Source of the DNA: Octopus bimaculoides
Lineage: Eukaryota
Reading direction: 5' to 3'
DNA length: 64,000 nt
NCBI RefSeq assembly: GCF_001194135.2
Contig: NC_068982.1
Location: 172,735,815 to 172,799,814 of the forward strand
Numbering within the stretch: position 1 is the stretch's first letter; each line of letters begins with the position of its first letter. The position numbers and the translations under genes were made by a program. Shown here one piece after another: positions 11,102-24,300 of the stretch. Below the pieces are notes generated by a model. It did no database searches, had not been told where the DNA came from, and was given only the letters and a program-made list of their open reading frames with translations.

Positions 11102-14100
11102 ACACCGGTTTATTTCTCTTATCTTTTCCTTCTCCTTCTCCTCCTCCCCGTGTGTTTTGTTTTTGTTACTCCTCCTCTTTTCAAGCTTTCTCCCACCACC
11201 ACGTTTTTCAATCTTACGGTTTTTTTTAATCTAAATCTCTACCTCCTCCTTCGTTACTTTTACTACACTCCTCCCCTTTTTTCTTCATCACCATCCTATC
11301 TCCTCCTCCCATTTCTTTCTTACACTCCCTCTCCCTCTCTACCATGTATCGTTTTTTTTTACTCATTTTTCCTATGAACATTTTTTTCGTCTCTTCCGGA
11401 TATTTGAATACCTTCCATTTTTTTTTTCCTCCAGATTCTCTCAATCTTTCTTTTACTTTTTCTTTCTTTCCTTTCTTTTTTTACCTCCACACTTTTTGAA
11501 TGTATATATCGTAACGTTCACTTCCTTCTCATTTTTCGGATACTGGAATGACTTTACCGTTTCTGTCCCTTCACTGTTACAATCATCACTCTGTTTACCA
11601 ATCTTTTAATGTACCCACTCCCTTTTCTGTATATATATTTTATTTCACACACGCTCCACCACTTTCATATTTGCATCCCTCTCGCTCTCTCACATCATTC
11701 TCTCTAAACTATCCCGCTCTTTTCTCTCCCATACTTTATACTCACCCCTCTAAATTAGTCACTCAACATTAATTTCCTACTTATCCTACAAATACACTTC
11801 TTTTTACTTTCCTTCTCGTTCCATTCCAATCTCTTCCTCTGCCTTTCGTTATCCTCTTCCTTACTCGTTGCTTTTTAACACACGTTTTTGTTTTCACCTT
11901 CTGTTTCTCTAATCTCTTCTCCGTCTTTTTCCCCCCATCACTTCTCTCTCTTTCTCTCTCACCATCTCTTTCACCATCGTTCTCTGCTTCCCCTATCTTT
12001 CGCTTCTTATCCCTTTTTTTCTCTCCCTTTCCTTCATTCATAACTAACTCTTACACATTCTACTACACTTGTTCCTTCCTTCGCTTTTTTTCTACAGCCT
12101 CTTTCTCCTTATACTTCATCTCTTTGCACACATGCTACACACACACACACACACAATAACGTACCTCCCCTCATCCTTCTCCAATAGTCTACCCATCACA
12201 CCCATACTCATTTATTCTCACTCCCGCTCTTGCGGCTGTTGTTCATCCTTGCTTTGCAGCTTCTTCTGTAGATGAATGGACAGGGTAACACTGTTACGAA
12301 GAGGAGGAGGAGAGACACCATCACCGTCCCCGTCGTGAACACCACCTTCTTTTAACACACACACACGTGTGTGTGTGTACTCAAAAGAATCATGTATTTC
12401 ATTTATACAACACGCACAAGCACGCGCGTACATACACACACGTAGACGGAAGACTAAAGTCACGTCGTGCTCTCTCAGTCGATTGTACACACACACACAC
12501 ACACACACACACAGGTCTGCATTTGTCTATGTATATATGTGTGTGTGTGTGTGTGAACGCAATTATTAGAAGTATACGTGTGCTTACACATTAACAAGAC
12601 ACAAAATCCGTTATCATAAAGCAACGTTCATAACTGCAGACGTCAAGCAAAAGGAACCCTGATAACGAGGTCGCTCGGTGTGCTAGAAATAGTAGCCCAC
12701 TTCCCTCCATTCACAGCATTACCGTCTTGTAAAATGCAATGATGCATTGAATAAAAAGAGTGTGCGCTATACAAAACGACAAATCATCACGGTTGCAAAC
12801 ACCTTTGACGATAAAGTGTATTGAAAAGGGCCGACCTTGGGCGAAACAACAAGATACAGACGCGTGCATACACACCAGCGAGAGACACACACACAACACA
12901 AGCACGCACGATCAGATATAAAGAGACTGGGGCAACGCAGTGAGCATACGCACCAGACATTATATATCTACCCGTTGTCTACTATTATTCCGAGTGCAGG
13001 TGTATTTGCTACACTGAGTATTATTAGCGACTCCCCATTCCTATCTTTTGCACACGCGCGCACACACACACACACACACAAACACGCTTTTCTCATTTTT
13101 ATGCACTATGCGTAGACGTATATTGTGTATAAATCTAACTTGCGTATACGTATATTGTGTATAAATCTTCAATTCTTTACTTTGTTTTGACGATTACGGC
13201 CAAGGCTATGATGGGAGCTGCTTAATCAGTAAATATACATATGCATATTTGTATTATATATACGTTGTTATACCTCTGCGCGCGTGTGTGTACATATACA
13301 CGCGCACCTATGTTTGTATAGTGTATGTATACTTATGTTTGTATAGTATATATATTTATATACACACCCGTGTTTGCTGTGTATCTATCTATAGATCTGA
13401 CGAGCTAGGTAAATGTTTTTTCTTGACGGAGTAAAGGAGAATAGGTGCTTCTCGTGTAAATTATTCTCTCGGTGTGTATAGACTTCGGGGCAGTTGTCCG
13501 CGTACATACTACGTGCGCATGTTTGCTTGCTGGCTTGTCTATATATGTCAATACGTACGTGTGTGTACGTGTGTCTGTTCAACTATTACTACATGGCAAG
13601 GCAAGCAAGGCTAACAGTGTGTGCTTCACTATAGAAGAAGAAGAAAAAAAAGCCAGCTAACGAAGCAAGTCGGCAGAATAAGAGAGAAAGAAAGAGACAG
13701 TGCGGATAGAGAGCATGCGTATGTAAGAGAAAACGATAGATAGATAGAAAGTAGTAAGGAAAAAACTGAGTGTATGTGAGAAGAATAGAAAGTGAGAGGG
13801 TGTGTAAGAGGAGATAGACAAGGAAAGAGTGTGGGTAGGTGAATTAGAAAGAGAGAATGTGAAAAGGTAGCGAGGAAACTGAGAACGAGAGACAGTGATA
13901 GGTGGTAATGATAGATATATACATATGTATGTATAAGAGAGAGAGAGAAAGTGATTGCTAGTAAAGATATTGAGTGAGTAAAAGAAAGACAGAAAGTAGT
14001 AAGAAAACTGAAAGGGTGTGTGTAAGAGAAAGCGATAGGTAGTACGAAGACGGAGGGTTTCGCTGTAGACATACAGTCTTCGTAAATGCGTTTTTTTCCG

Positions 14101-15034
14101 CCCGTTTCTCTCACTCTATCTACACTTTTCTCTCGCTTTCTCTCTCTCTCTCTCTCTGTCTATCTATCCGTAGAAACATAGAGTGGGGAGAGGGCAGCAA
14201 GACAGGCAACAACAACAAGAGAATTAGCAGCAGCAGCAGTGGCGGCGGCCAGTGAGAAGAGCTTGTTGTTGCTTGCGCTCTTTGGAAATAGACTAGAAAT
14301 ACGTATACATATATATGTACATACCCACGCAAACATATATACCTATATATATATGTGTATATATATATATATATATACATACATATACAATTAAATGATA
14401 TAATGTAATATATATATATATACATACATACAAACAAAACAAACTGCACATATATAAATATATGTATATTTATAAACATATCTACATAAATATACTCAAA
14501 CATATATGTATATATATATACCCATGCCTATGTAGGAAGGAAAGTACCTTGTGTGTATTAACAAGCGACGCAGCAGACCGTTTATATTGTACTTATTCCA
14601 CACATGTGCTGGGTTTATAGCACGGCCAAGAACGTCCATCATCGTCATTCACTTCCTCTTCATCACTATTATTATTATTATTATTATCATAATCATTATC
14701 GTTGCTGTTTTACATTCTGTCAATGCATCCCGGAGTATGTCGCTTGCTGCATCTTACTGTTGTTATTATTATTATTACTACCATCCTTATTCGTGACATC
14801 GCCGCATCATCATCATCATCATCATCATCATCACTGTCCGCATCTTATTCATCCTTATCTTCATCGTTTTCGTACTCATCAGCGTTATCATCGTCAATGC
14901 CACCTCTGCAAGTGTAACCACCACCACCATCCTTTATCAACATGAAAAAAAGCAACAGTATTATGACAATACGATTATAGTAAAAGAAAATTCATCGAGA
15001 AGAGAAAGCAAAATACGTGTATATATATATATAT

Positions 15035-15070
<36 letters not shown>

Positions 15071-16712
15071 CTTACCATCGTCGTCATATTTCAAAAATCT
15101 TTGCTAGCCAAATCGGATATATATGAAAACTATCTGCTTACATTTTGAAAAAAGTAAATTTTTTTAGTGATATACGAAGTAACCTTTTCTACATCTTTCA
15201 GTTTTTCAACACATTTTTACTCGTACACACTTTTTTATAATTTTTTCCCCCTTTTTGTTTGCTTCCAAATTTCCGCCCTCTTTCTCTTAAATCCAACAAG
15301 CCCCAATTTACTCTGTGTGGTTGTGTGTGTGCGTGTATATATATATATATACACGAACGTACATACACGTGTGTTCTGCTCTTGGATTTACAAATGTATA
15401 TATATTAAAAAAAAAAAATCGCTGTCTTTTAAAAAGAGGATTTAAACCAAATATCATTCAACGTTAAACTTTTTAAAACAAAAAATGGATATATATAAAA
15501 GAGAAAGAGGAATTACCTTCCGGTTATTAATATTTTTATCATCGTCATAAATTTAGCACACAAAACAAAAATACTTTGCAGTGTTTAAATTGTTTCATTC
15601 TCCCAGATATTTTTTCTCTTTTGTTGGGGGAAAAGAGAATTTATCGTAAAAACAAACCTTCAGCTCTCCCTCCAACGTAAAAATTACATCAAAAAATATT
15701 TTAAAAGGGGAAAAACGTGAGAAAAAAATTAAATTAGCGAAAGACAAAAAAATATGACCCTTCTCGCACATAAACACATTTATTCACATATATACAAACA
15801 CATACGCAGACGCAAATATTGAAGTACTAAATAGCACAACAAACAATATTTAACCATGTGGAGCATTTTACATGCATATCAATATTCTAAAGTTGGACCT
15901 ACTATTCCTTATCCAAAAGCTACTTACAGGTAAGTGTGGTTTATTTATACATATATATACATATAAGATATATTATATATATATATATACACGCACACTC
16001 TACCTACACAGTACCATATAATTGTACGTATACATATTCACATGTATTGTAGTGTGTTTTTAATGCATGTTTAACGATGAGAATATTGTGTGTACATGTG
16101 TGCGAAGAATTTGGCCAACTGTAACAGGCTATTCTTCCTGCATCTCAGAGTTTGGAGGAATGGGTACTTGCTACCCTTTTCTACCTTTTTATCATATTTA
16201 TTTTTCAGAGATCGGGCAATCTAGCAAACAATTTCTAATATACTAGTCACAAAAACACACACGCATATATATACACACACAAACACCCGGAGTGTGTGTG
16301 GGTTATATACATAGATGAGTATGTTTAATTTTGCTTATATCCACAACGATCTGTCTTCAACTGTTGTCAGTCGATGATTGATCAAAGCTTCTAAACCAAA
16401 ACCATAGCAAAAAGAACAGCACTTGATTTTTCGTTCGTTATTTTCGTCGTCAATAAGGACATTCGTATTTTTGCTAGCTAGTTAGTTCTTCTGTATTACG
16501 AGTAGGCAAAACTAAAACTCACTCACTCGCTCGCTCACGCTGGCAGTATTTGTAGTAAGGTGTGCGCTCGAGTCAAACACACAAACAATCTAAGAACATA
16601 GCACATTGTAACTCCATTATAAACACATATATCATCAGTCTTGCAACACGCGAACCGATTCCCCAGTATTAACTCTTTGTCTGTCTTTCTGCCATTTAAG
16701 CTTCTGTTTGCA

Positions 16713-16745
<33 letters not shown>

Positions 16746-17359
16746 GTGTACGTGTGTTTTGCTTTCGTCGTATCATTTCGATTGTACTGTCTGTTGTATT
16801 GTCATCATTACTTGTCTCAATTAGTAATGCGATTGCTAAAATATAGAGTAAAATCATTTCTGCGTTCTCTCTCTCTCTCTCTGATCGATATTATATTATT
16901 ATTGTGATCAATAATGATTTCTTTTATTTGCCACAAGGGCCGTCGAATGAAGGAGACATTACAAGGACAAATTTGAAAGAAAATACCGGTAGCAATTTAC
17001 GTAGAATCGATTATGCAAAAGAAAAAAAAATAATAAATAACAGCGGACGCATTAAAAAAATAAATGTAAATAATTATAATGTAGAGATGATTTTTCGATC
17101 GACAGAATCCACAAATTTGAGGGAAGCAGTTGGATCGATGAAATCGCACCCCACCCCATTTACTACTACTACTACTACTACTACTGATCTGATGGTCTTC
17201 GATATAAGTACCAGGGGCGTACTGGGGATGGGAATCGAAATAGTCTGCTATTTATCTCTCTATCCTCACCCATTTACACAATTCCCAAATATCCTGGCCT
17301 TGTGTCACTACTAATAATTATTATTATTATCGTTCTTACTAATAATGTTTATGAGTGTG

Positions 17360-17399
<40 letters not shown>

Positions 17400-17929
17400 T
17401 TCTGGTTTTATTTTCCTTTACTTTTGTTTTTGTCTTTATCCAATGTATGAATGTATGAGATTACGGTGTCTTCTGTCACTTCACAAAAATATATTAGCTA
17501 CCGTAGAAAAAAAGAAGAGACAGAGACTGTGAGAATGGAGTAGAGAGAAATCACAGGCGAAACAAACATAAAATGATTAACTCAAGTCTGAAACACACAC
17601 ACACACACACACACACACACTATAATGTGTGTGTGTAAGATTTAAAGGAACTGAAACGAACAGGTTATTGACCGATTCCCCACCACCACCACCTCAACAC
17701 GGCACTTGATGACGGTGGTGGTGGTGGTGATGGTGATGATGTGTTATTTGTCAGTGTTGTTACTGTTGTTGACTTCATTACAGAATTGCTTTTGCTTTCC
17801 GAGAAAAAAAAAAGGCTTTGTAAAAAATGTGTTTTAATAACCACTTGAAACTCGGAATACTTGTTTGTTAATGTTTATCATCATTATTATTTATTATTAG
17901 TAGTAGAATGGCCGGGCGTGTGTGTGTTT

Positions 17930-17968
<39 letters not shown>

Positions 17969-18223
17969 GTATTTCTTTTACACTGATGTAAATCATACAG
18001 AAGCACATTACAAATGATACATATTTATATGTAAAGATGCTTATTATGCTTAAATATTTGTCTCTTAATGCACACTGTTACACAATAAACACATATTGTC
18101 CTAATTGAATCTTTCCCGACAAAAAAATAGTCGAACGCTCGAACACCTACAGAAACAAACAAAGCCAGCCGACTGGCGTATTTTCTTTCAGTAAAAGGAT
18201 TCATAAATACACAGACATAAATA

Positions 18224-18282
<59 letters not shown>

Positions 18283-18885
18283 CGTTTGTCCATTACAATC
18301 AACCAGTTAATTAAAAAGCTTTTTTCTTTTCATACACGAACACGTTATCACGAAATTCTACCTCGAATCTTGATGCAGCTATAATATACATTATGTGTAT
18401 ATATATATATTATATGAACCACATTGATTAAGGCTTTCTCTGATAAATACAGCTATGATATTCAAACAATTTATCTGTTATACACATTTTTATCAGGCCG
18501 AATAATGTTTACGTAAAATATTTCCAACTCTTAATAGATTTTATTCATTTCACCGTACCTAGGTACTTTCGACCCGAAGTACCTTCCTTACACACGTACT
18601 CTCAGATACTTGTAGCGATAGTAAATTAATAATAGTAAGTGGTAGTAGTGGTGTATGTGTGAAGAGATTGTTTAAAGCATGAAAAAAAGAAAAGAAAAAA
18701 TACTCATGACTATTTGAGTTAGAATTGCTTAGATGTTGGAAATTTTGTTGGCATGTATGTGTATGAAATACACCCACACACGCAACTCTCATTCTCTACA
18801 TACACGCACACATGCACAACATCTATCCACACATACGTGTGTGTGGATACATAGATAGATAGGTAGATATGCGCGTGTACCTTCT

Positions 18886-19270
18886 ACATTTTCCCTCTCC
18901 ACCCACAGGGATTATTACAGTAATATAGGACACAAACAGCGCATCCATGTGTGTATTTATATGTGTGTAAGTGAGTGTTTTTCTAAATCGCCCTTCGTAA
19001 ATGGGGCGACTGTATTGTCACAAAAACATTTCGCTGTTGTAAACACGTTTATTTTTCGTTTTGCTTCACTTCAAAATTCTCGTCGTGTGTGTATGCTGGA
19101 GGGGAAATATTAATAGGATTTGTCAATTTTTATCATTAGCTTTTAAATTATTTTTAGAATTATTTTATTTAATTTTTTTTCCCGTCTCTTTACAATTTTT
19201 CGTAGATTTAAAAATATTTAGCTAACATGCAAACACTTTACACATGTACAAATTGTTCATTCTCTCTGAC
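18886..19270. repeat. Diverged direct duplication, copy A (copy B at 23921-24300)
   Basis: Shared in order: ggattattacagtaatataggaca, gtgtttttctaaatc, acatttcgctgttgtaaaca, aaatattaataggatttgtc.atttttatc, aaaatatt(t)tagctaa. Confidence 0.85.
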
Positions 19271-19291
19271 TCATGTACGTACACACACTCG

Positions 19292-19341
<50 letters not shown>

Positions 19342-19552
19342 TGTGTATGTATAAGGGCGTAGTGGAGATCCTCCACTTTATGGAGGCAGTGAGTTTCTGA
19401 AAATATTGTTGTGACGCGAAATTAATTTTTCCACTTGTATTAATGTTATAAAGTGGGAATGCGTTCCGACGGATTTTTACCCTGAAAAACAATAATAGTA
19501 GCAACATGAACTAACAACACGAACACCTTTATGCATTGATATTAATAATAAT

Positions 19553-19655
19553 AATAATTTAAAAGCTAATGATAAAAATCTAACAAATCCTTATTAATAT
19601 TTCCCCTCCAGCATACACACACGACGAGAATTTTGAAGTGAAACAAAACGAAAAA
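19553..19655 (-). repeat. Near-identical inverted copy of 19052-19152
   Basis: The reverse complement aligns with about 4 differences in about 100 nt by eye. Confidence 0.92.
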
Positions 19656-20029
19656 GAAAAAAATATGCTCATTAAAACATTTGAAGAGAAATAAATAAGA
19701 ATCGTAATAGGGTACTTGGGGATGGTCATATCTTGCCATCCCCAAGTATATAACAATATCTGTTTCAACACACGATTTCACATCAAGAATCTTGCAGAAC
19801 AAATACATAAACGTTATAGGGTACGTTTTTTACCACAAAAGCTGTTTATTGTGGGAGGAGAGTGGTGGGGAAATGAGTGTTATTGGCAGAATGAGGGACA
19901 TTATTTATTCTTCACCTTATAGTTCAACTTTTACTATTCAAATTGTTATATATTTATGGTACTTCATCTCTTTGTACAGCCCAGCGTAAAAACCGATTTC
20001 ATTGTAAGCTCTTGTTATTTTTAAATTAC

Positions 20030-21240
20030 GTTTACAATTAGGGCTGTTATCAGCAAAAACTTGCAGATCTTCTGTAAATGCCAAACCCAGCAATATTCTT
20101 TGCAATTAATTGGAGTGGAGTCGGTGAAATTTCCGTATAATTCATCTGTATTCTGAGCTTGCTCTTGTTCTAACAATATCAACTCCTTGTTAGGTAAGCT
20201 TTCTCTGTGGGGCACTAGTAACTCAACCATTCCATCCTCTGTGACTCCTTGAAACCCTACATCATTTGCAAATATCTGAATATCTTTCTGAATTTCATGT
20301 AGACTTTATGCTTGTAGAAGTCACAGGTTCAGTCTGGACAGAAATTTTTCAAGAACAATTCAAATTTAAGATTAAACTTCATGCTACGACCCATTTATTA
20401 TCCATGTTGATGAACTTCTTCCAGAAGTCTCTAATTTAGGTTTATCCTCCTTTTAATTGCTTTCATAAGTTATTCGAAATTTCTTCTTGTATGATATTCT
20501 TTGAGGTTAGCTGTCACACTTTGATCCATGGGTTGAAGCAAAAAGATTGTATTTTTCGGAATTTATTCTACTTTAATAATAATCAAAAAAAAATTATTTT
20601 AGTTCATGGATGCATTGTCTAAAATTCCTGGCATTGTACATTGTACATCGGTCCTATAGCAGGACCAAAAGAGCAAGAAACTCTTCAAAATGTCTTAACT
20701 CATGAATGCATTTTATTTGAACGAGAAATCAGAGGTAAATTAAACTTTGCCTAACCCTTGAAAGCCTTCGGATTTTCAAAGTGACACATGAGTAGGGACT
20801 TAAGCGGTATTTCCAGCCAGAAGAAACGTAGATTTTTAGAATCTTTAAATCCTAGTGTTGATTTTTCTTTTCGAGAAATAGTTCTAGCTCATATGCACTT
20901 CCAAAAAAGCGTAGTTTCATTATCATTGTATACTTACCCCAGAATGTGTTCTAGTTAGCAATGTCTCTCCCCCTCCACCCGCCAGCTACTCAGGTTTATT
21001 ATAATTAGCAACCTCTGTGTCTGTCATTTTTATGTTGTGCATATTAAAGCGCTTCTTAAAGCGCTTTCACTTAATTTTCTCATTATTGTCATGAGTTTTC
21101 CCACTGCACATGTTGCAAACTTTAATATTTTGGCAATGTGGCTGATTTAGTTCTCCTGCATCAAGTTTCATATTCATTATAATCTTCTTACGGTTCCTTT
21201 TCGCATTGCTGCCTTCACTTCCAGTTAACGGTTTATTTCC
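20030..21240 (-). pseudogene. Decayed Tigger/pogo-family DNA transposase
   Basis: Motifs in the expected order: AKRNRKKI (N-terminal), FKKRFNMHNIK, NDNETTLFWK (20898-20927), HFENPKAFKG, LDNA (20611-20622), PKNTIFLLQPMDQSV (LQPMDQ 20521-20538), ELLVPHRESLPNKELILLEQ. Many stops and frameshifts. Confidence 0.88.
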
Positions 21241-21389
21241 AGTGTTCTTGAATTGTAAGTAACTTGAAAGTTGTTACACTTTACAATTTCCGTAACACGA
21301 GAGTACCTTCCTCTTTCTGTGTACACACACACACACTCACGCACCACTATTGGCTGGTTATGACGGAAGAGGCTATGCTTTCGCCGTGC

Positions 21390-21960
21390 CTTCGAGTCCA
21401 GTTAAATTTGATGCCGCTTAAACTGTTCTCTAGAATATTCCCCTCCATGTGCAGGGAAGAGTACTCTAGGGTACCGGCATTCTATGAAAAGAGGACTGGC
21501 CGTTGTGGTTAAAGTTTGGGTGTCAGAAGAGATGAGTGGGTCAGGAGTGTTTGGGTGGAAGTGGAACAGACTCATCCACTTGCGAAGGAGCAACGGTCAC
21601 TGTAGTTAGAACAGGGAGTGGATTGTCGAATGGCCTTTCTTTGAATGCTGTCTAGAAGAGCTATCTCAGTGGGTAACAGCAGCACGTTCCTAGATGTGAG
21701 AACACTATTCCATTGTGGGTCGTAACTTAGCTTTGTAGAGTGGTAGTAAAATGTTGGTCCTCAAGAATTTTCTGGCTCTGCAGGAGATGGCTATTCTTTG
21801 CGATGAAGTCTTTACTATCTTGATGATTTCGCCAGAGAGGTCCTTGTGCTCTATTTATGTGTTGTTCATATAGGAGTAGTGAGATGCAATAATGATTCTT
21901 GGCGATAGTTGGCAGGGCCTGAGAAGTTATCTTCACTGGGAATGGGTCACATTCCAAATG
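21390..21960 (-). pseudogene. CR1/Jockey-group LINE ORF2 C-terminal relic
   Basis: RARKFLRTNILLPLYKAKLRPTME*CSHI* (21708-21752), then LLDSIQRKAIR, matching the typical LYK..RP.MEYCSH.W and LD..QR.A.R motifs after the RT domain. Confidence 0.75.
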
Positions 21961-21980
21961 TGTATATACGTACTTATAAA

Positions 21981-22977
21981 CAGGGGTTGGACAAAATAAT
22001 GGAAACGCCTTAAAATTTCAAACAAATTTATTTTAATATAGGGTAGGACCGCCTTTCGCTGTAATTACAGCTTGAATTGTATGAGGTATGGACTCGTACA
22101 AAGTTTGAATTGTTTCCAAGGGCAGTTTTATCCATTCTTCAGCTAAAACAGTCTCCAGTTCTTGTAGTGATGATGTTGGACCATATCAACTCCTTACTTG
22201 TTTTTCTAAAATGCAGCATAAATGTTCAATAATATTGAGATCTGGGGACTGTGGTGGCCAGATAAGATGTTCAACATCACTAGAATGTTCCTCGTGCCAT
22301 TCAGTTACAACTTTAGCTGTGTGAATTGGTGCATTATCATCCTGAAAGATTGCGTTTCCCTCCGAAAACAGTTCCGCAACCGTAAGATGAATTTGATCAG
22401 ATAAAATGCTTAGTCTTGCAACGTTTTGTTTTTGAAATTAGTGGTTTTCTGGTTGCAGCCCTCCCGGGAAATCCGTCTTTGTGTAGCTCCCAGCAAACAG
22501 TTTCTATGGAAACTGGGTTCTCGTGGTGGTCATTAATTTCTGCAGTAATTTTGGGAGCTGTACTTTTGTGATCCTTTCTAACAATTCGCGTAAGAGTCCG
22601 AAGTCCCGATCTGAAAGCTTTGGTTTTCTTCCGGAGTTTTGTTTCGACGAGGAGGTTTTTCATTCTTTCTGGAAGGCTGCCATTACTTTCGAGACAGTAC
22701 TGCTTGATACACCAAACATTTTTGCTGTTTTCGTTACGCTAGCGTCTGCCATAAGAGCACCAGCAATTTAACCTCTTTGAAAGTCCGATAGATCTGTTAT
22801 TTTTAATGAATTTTAATTACCTTTTTATGATATCTGAAAAGAAACAGCAATTTTAGCAAAACACATTAAGTAACACTAATAATAAATAAAAAAATAACAA
22901 AAATAAACAAGCTTTTGACGGTTTTATGGATGTTTCAAAATTATGATGCTAGGTGTTTCCATTATTTTGTCCAGCCC

Positions 22978-22980
<3 letters not shown>
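21981..22980 (-). mobile_element. Internally deleted Tc1-family transposon with terminal inverted repeats
   Basis: Left end ggggttggacaaaataatggaaacgcct (21983-22010); right end aggtgtttccattattttgtccagccc (22951-22977), followed by (TA)n. Confidence 0.92.
22033..22800 (-). pseudogene. Tc1-like transposase pseudogene with D36E spacing
   Basis: TDLSDFQRG*IAGA...GRKPKLSDRD / RTLTRIVRKDHKSTAPKITAE...RAATRKPLISK, a deletion near 22415, then FQDDNAPIH...WPPQSPDLNIIEHL...AVITAKGGPTLY*. Start codon mutated to ATA; stops and frameshifts present. Confidence 0.9.
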
Positions 22981-23010
<30 letters not shown>

Positions 23011-23049
23011 GGAGGGACAGACAATGTGGCGCATTGTTTGTGGGTAGTG

Positions 23050-23830
23050 GAAAAGACATTGCCAAGGGCAGTAGCATTGTTAGTTTGAAGCAACGGCATG
23101 TATGTTGTGCGTTATAACGAACTTGGTAGAATGGGAATTATAGATTTGGAGAATATTTAGTTAATGTGTGGAGTTGGATGCAAAGCGTGCATTGAAGGTG
23201 TAAATTTTCTTTCTCGTAGAAGTAGTGTTTACAAACATCAGTTGAGAAGTACGGAGAAAGAGAATTCGGCAAAATTGGGAGATGTAATTTTGCCAAGGGA
23301 CCCAAAACTTTGTCTTATAGTTTGGAATGCTGTAGATTTTGAGGGATGTCCAATTCACTCGAGTCTCTTTCATGGTTCTGATGATGGTCTTGCAGTCGTT
23401 GTGTTAGTGCGTAAGAGCCGTCCGCTTTTGTAGGGGCTGTTGACTTTTTTCAAGCGTTGTTAAATTTTTATTTACCCTTATCTGAGCTGCAGCAGCGCAA
23501 CTGTGAGTTAACCACTTGGAGTTTCTGGTCTATCCGTGTTTTATTGTTTAGGATGAGGAAAAAGGCATGTTTAAAAACTGTTTCTGATAGGTCAGATGTA
23601 CTGCTGGGAATAGCGTAGAGGTGGCGAAGCTCTGGGCAGTTTGCAGACTGGGGGGTACCATACATAGGTTTCCGAAAGATGTGAAGAACGTGAATGTATG
23701 GTAAGGTAGTTGCGATAAGGCTGTAGTCGGACAACCCATAGATAGTTACGAAATTATAGAGATTGAGTGTGGATGTACGGAAAATCTTTGCGTCGGCCAG
23801 AAATAGGCGATTAGGAGATAATACTAATTC
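23050..23830 (-). pseudogene. Probable Penelope-like element relic (RT thumb to GIY-YIG region)
   Basis: Across shifting frames: LFLADAKIF, GTPQS..ELRHLYAIPSSTSDL, RVNWTSLK, TRKKIYTFNARFASNSTH*LNI. These resemble PLE FLD, IPYSQ.LRLRRICSS.SDF, K.W..L and G..Y.I...F.C.S.N..Y in the right order. Heavily decayed. Confidence 0.45.
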
Positions 23831-23920
23831 ATAGAGAAAAAGTTGTATATACCTTCAGGCATATATGTATGTGTGTGTGTATACTTACATCATACATATA
23901 TAAATGTGTATATACCATAG

Positions 23921-24300
23921 ATATTTCCCCTTTCCACCACTAAGGATTATTACAGTAATATAGGACAGCACATTCATATGTATTTATTGATAAGCAAGTG
24001 TTTTTCTAAATCACTCTTTGTAAATGGAGCGACTGTTTTGTCTCAGAAAAGACATTTCGCTGTTGTAAACATGTTTCTTTTTCTTTTTTTTTTCAACATT
24101 CTCGTCACTCGCGTGTGTAAGCTAGAAAGAAAATATTAATAGGATTTGTCGATTTTTATCGTTATCTTTTAAATTATTATTTTTAGAATTTTCTTTTTTC
24201 TTTTCATCTCTTACAATTTTTGGGGAAATTTAAAATATTTTAGCTAAGTTAACATCACTAACGCATATGCACCATTGTGTACTCACCGTCTCTCGTACAC
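23921..24300. repeat. Diverged direct duplication, copy B
   Basis: Collinear with 18886-19270, with many substitutions and indels. Confidence 0.85.

Noticed and set aside
14860-14885. CTGATGA-GTAC-GAAA on the minus strand
   Set aside because: No stem III or stem I, and it lies in degenerate ATC repeats where such words arise easily.
16618-16640. TATAAA followed by TCAGTC
   Set aside because: Spacing is only 19 nt, not about 30.
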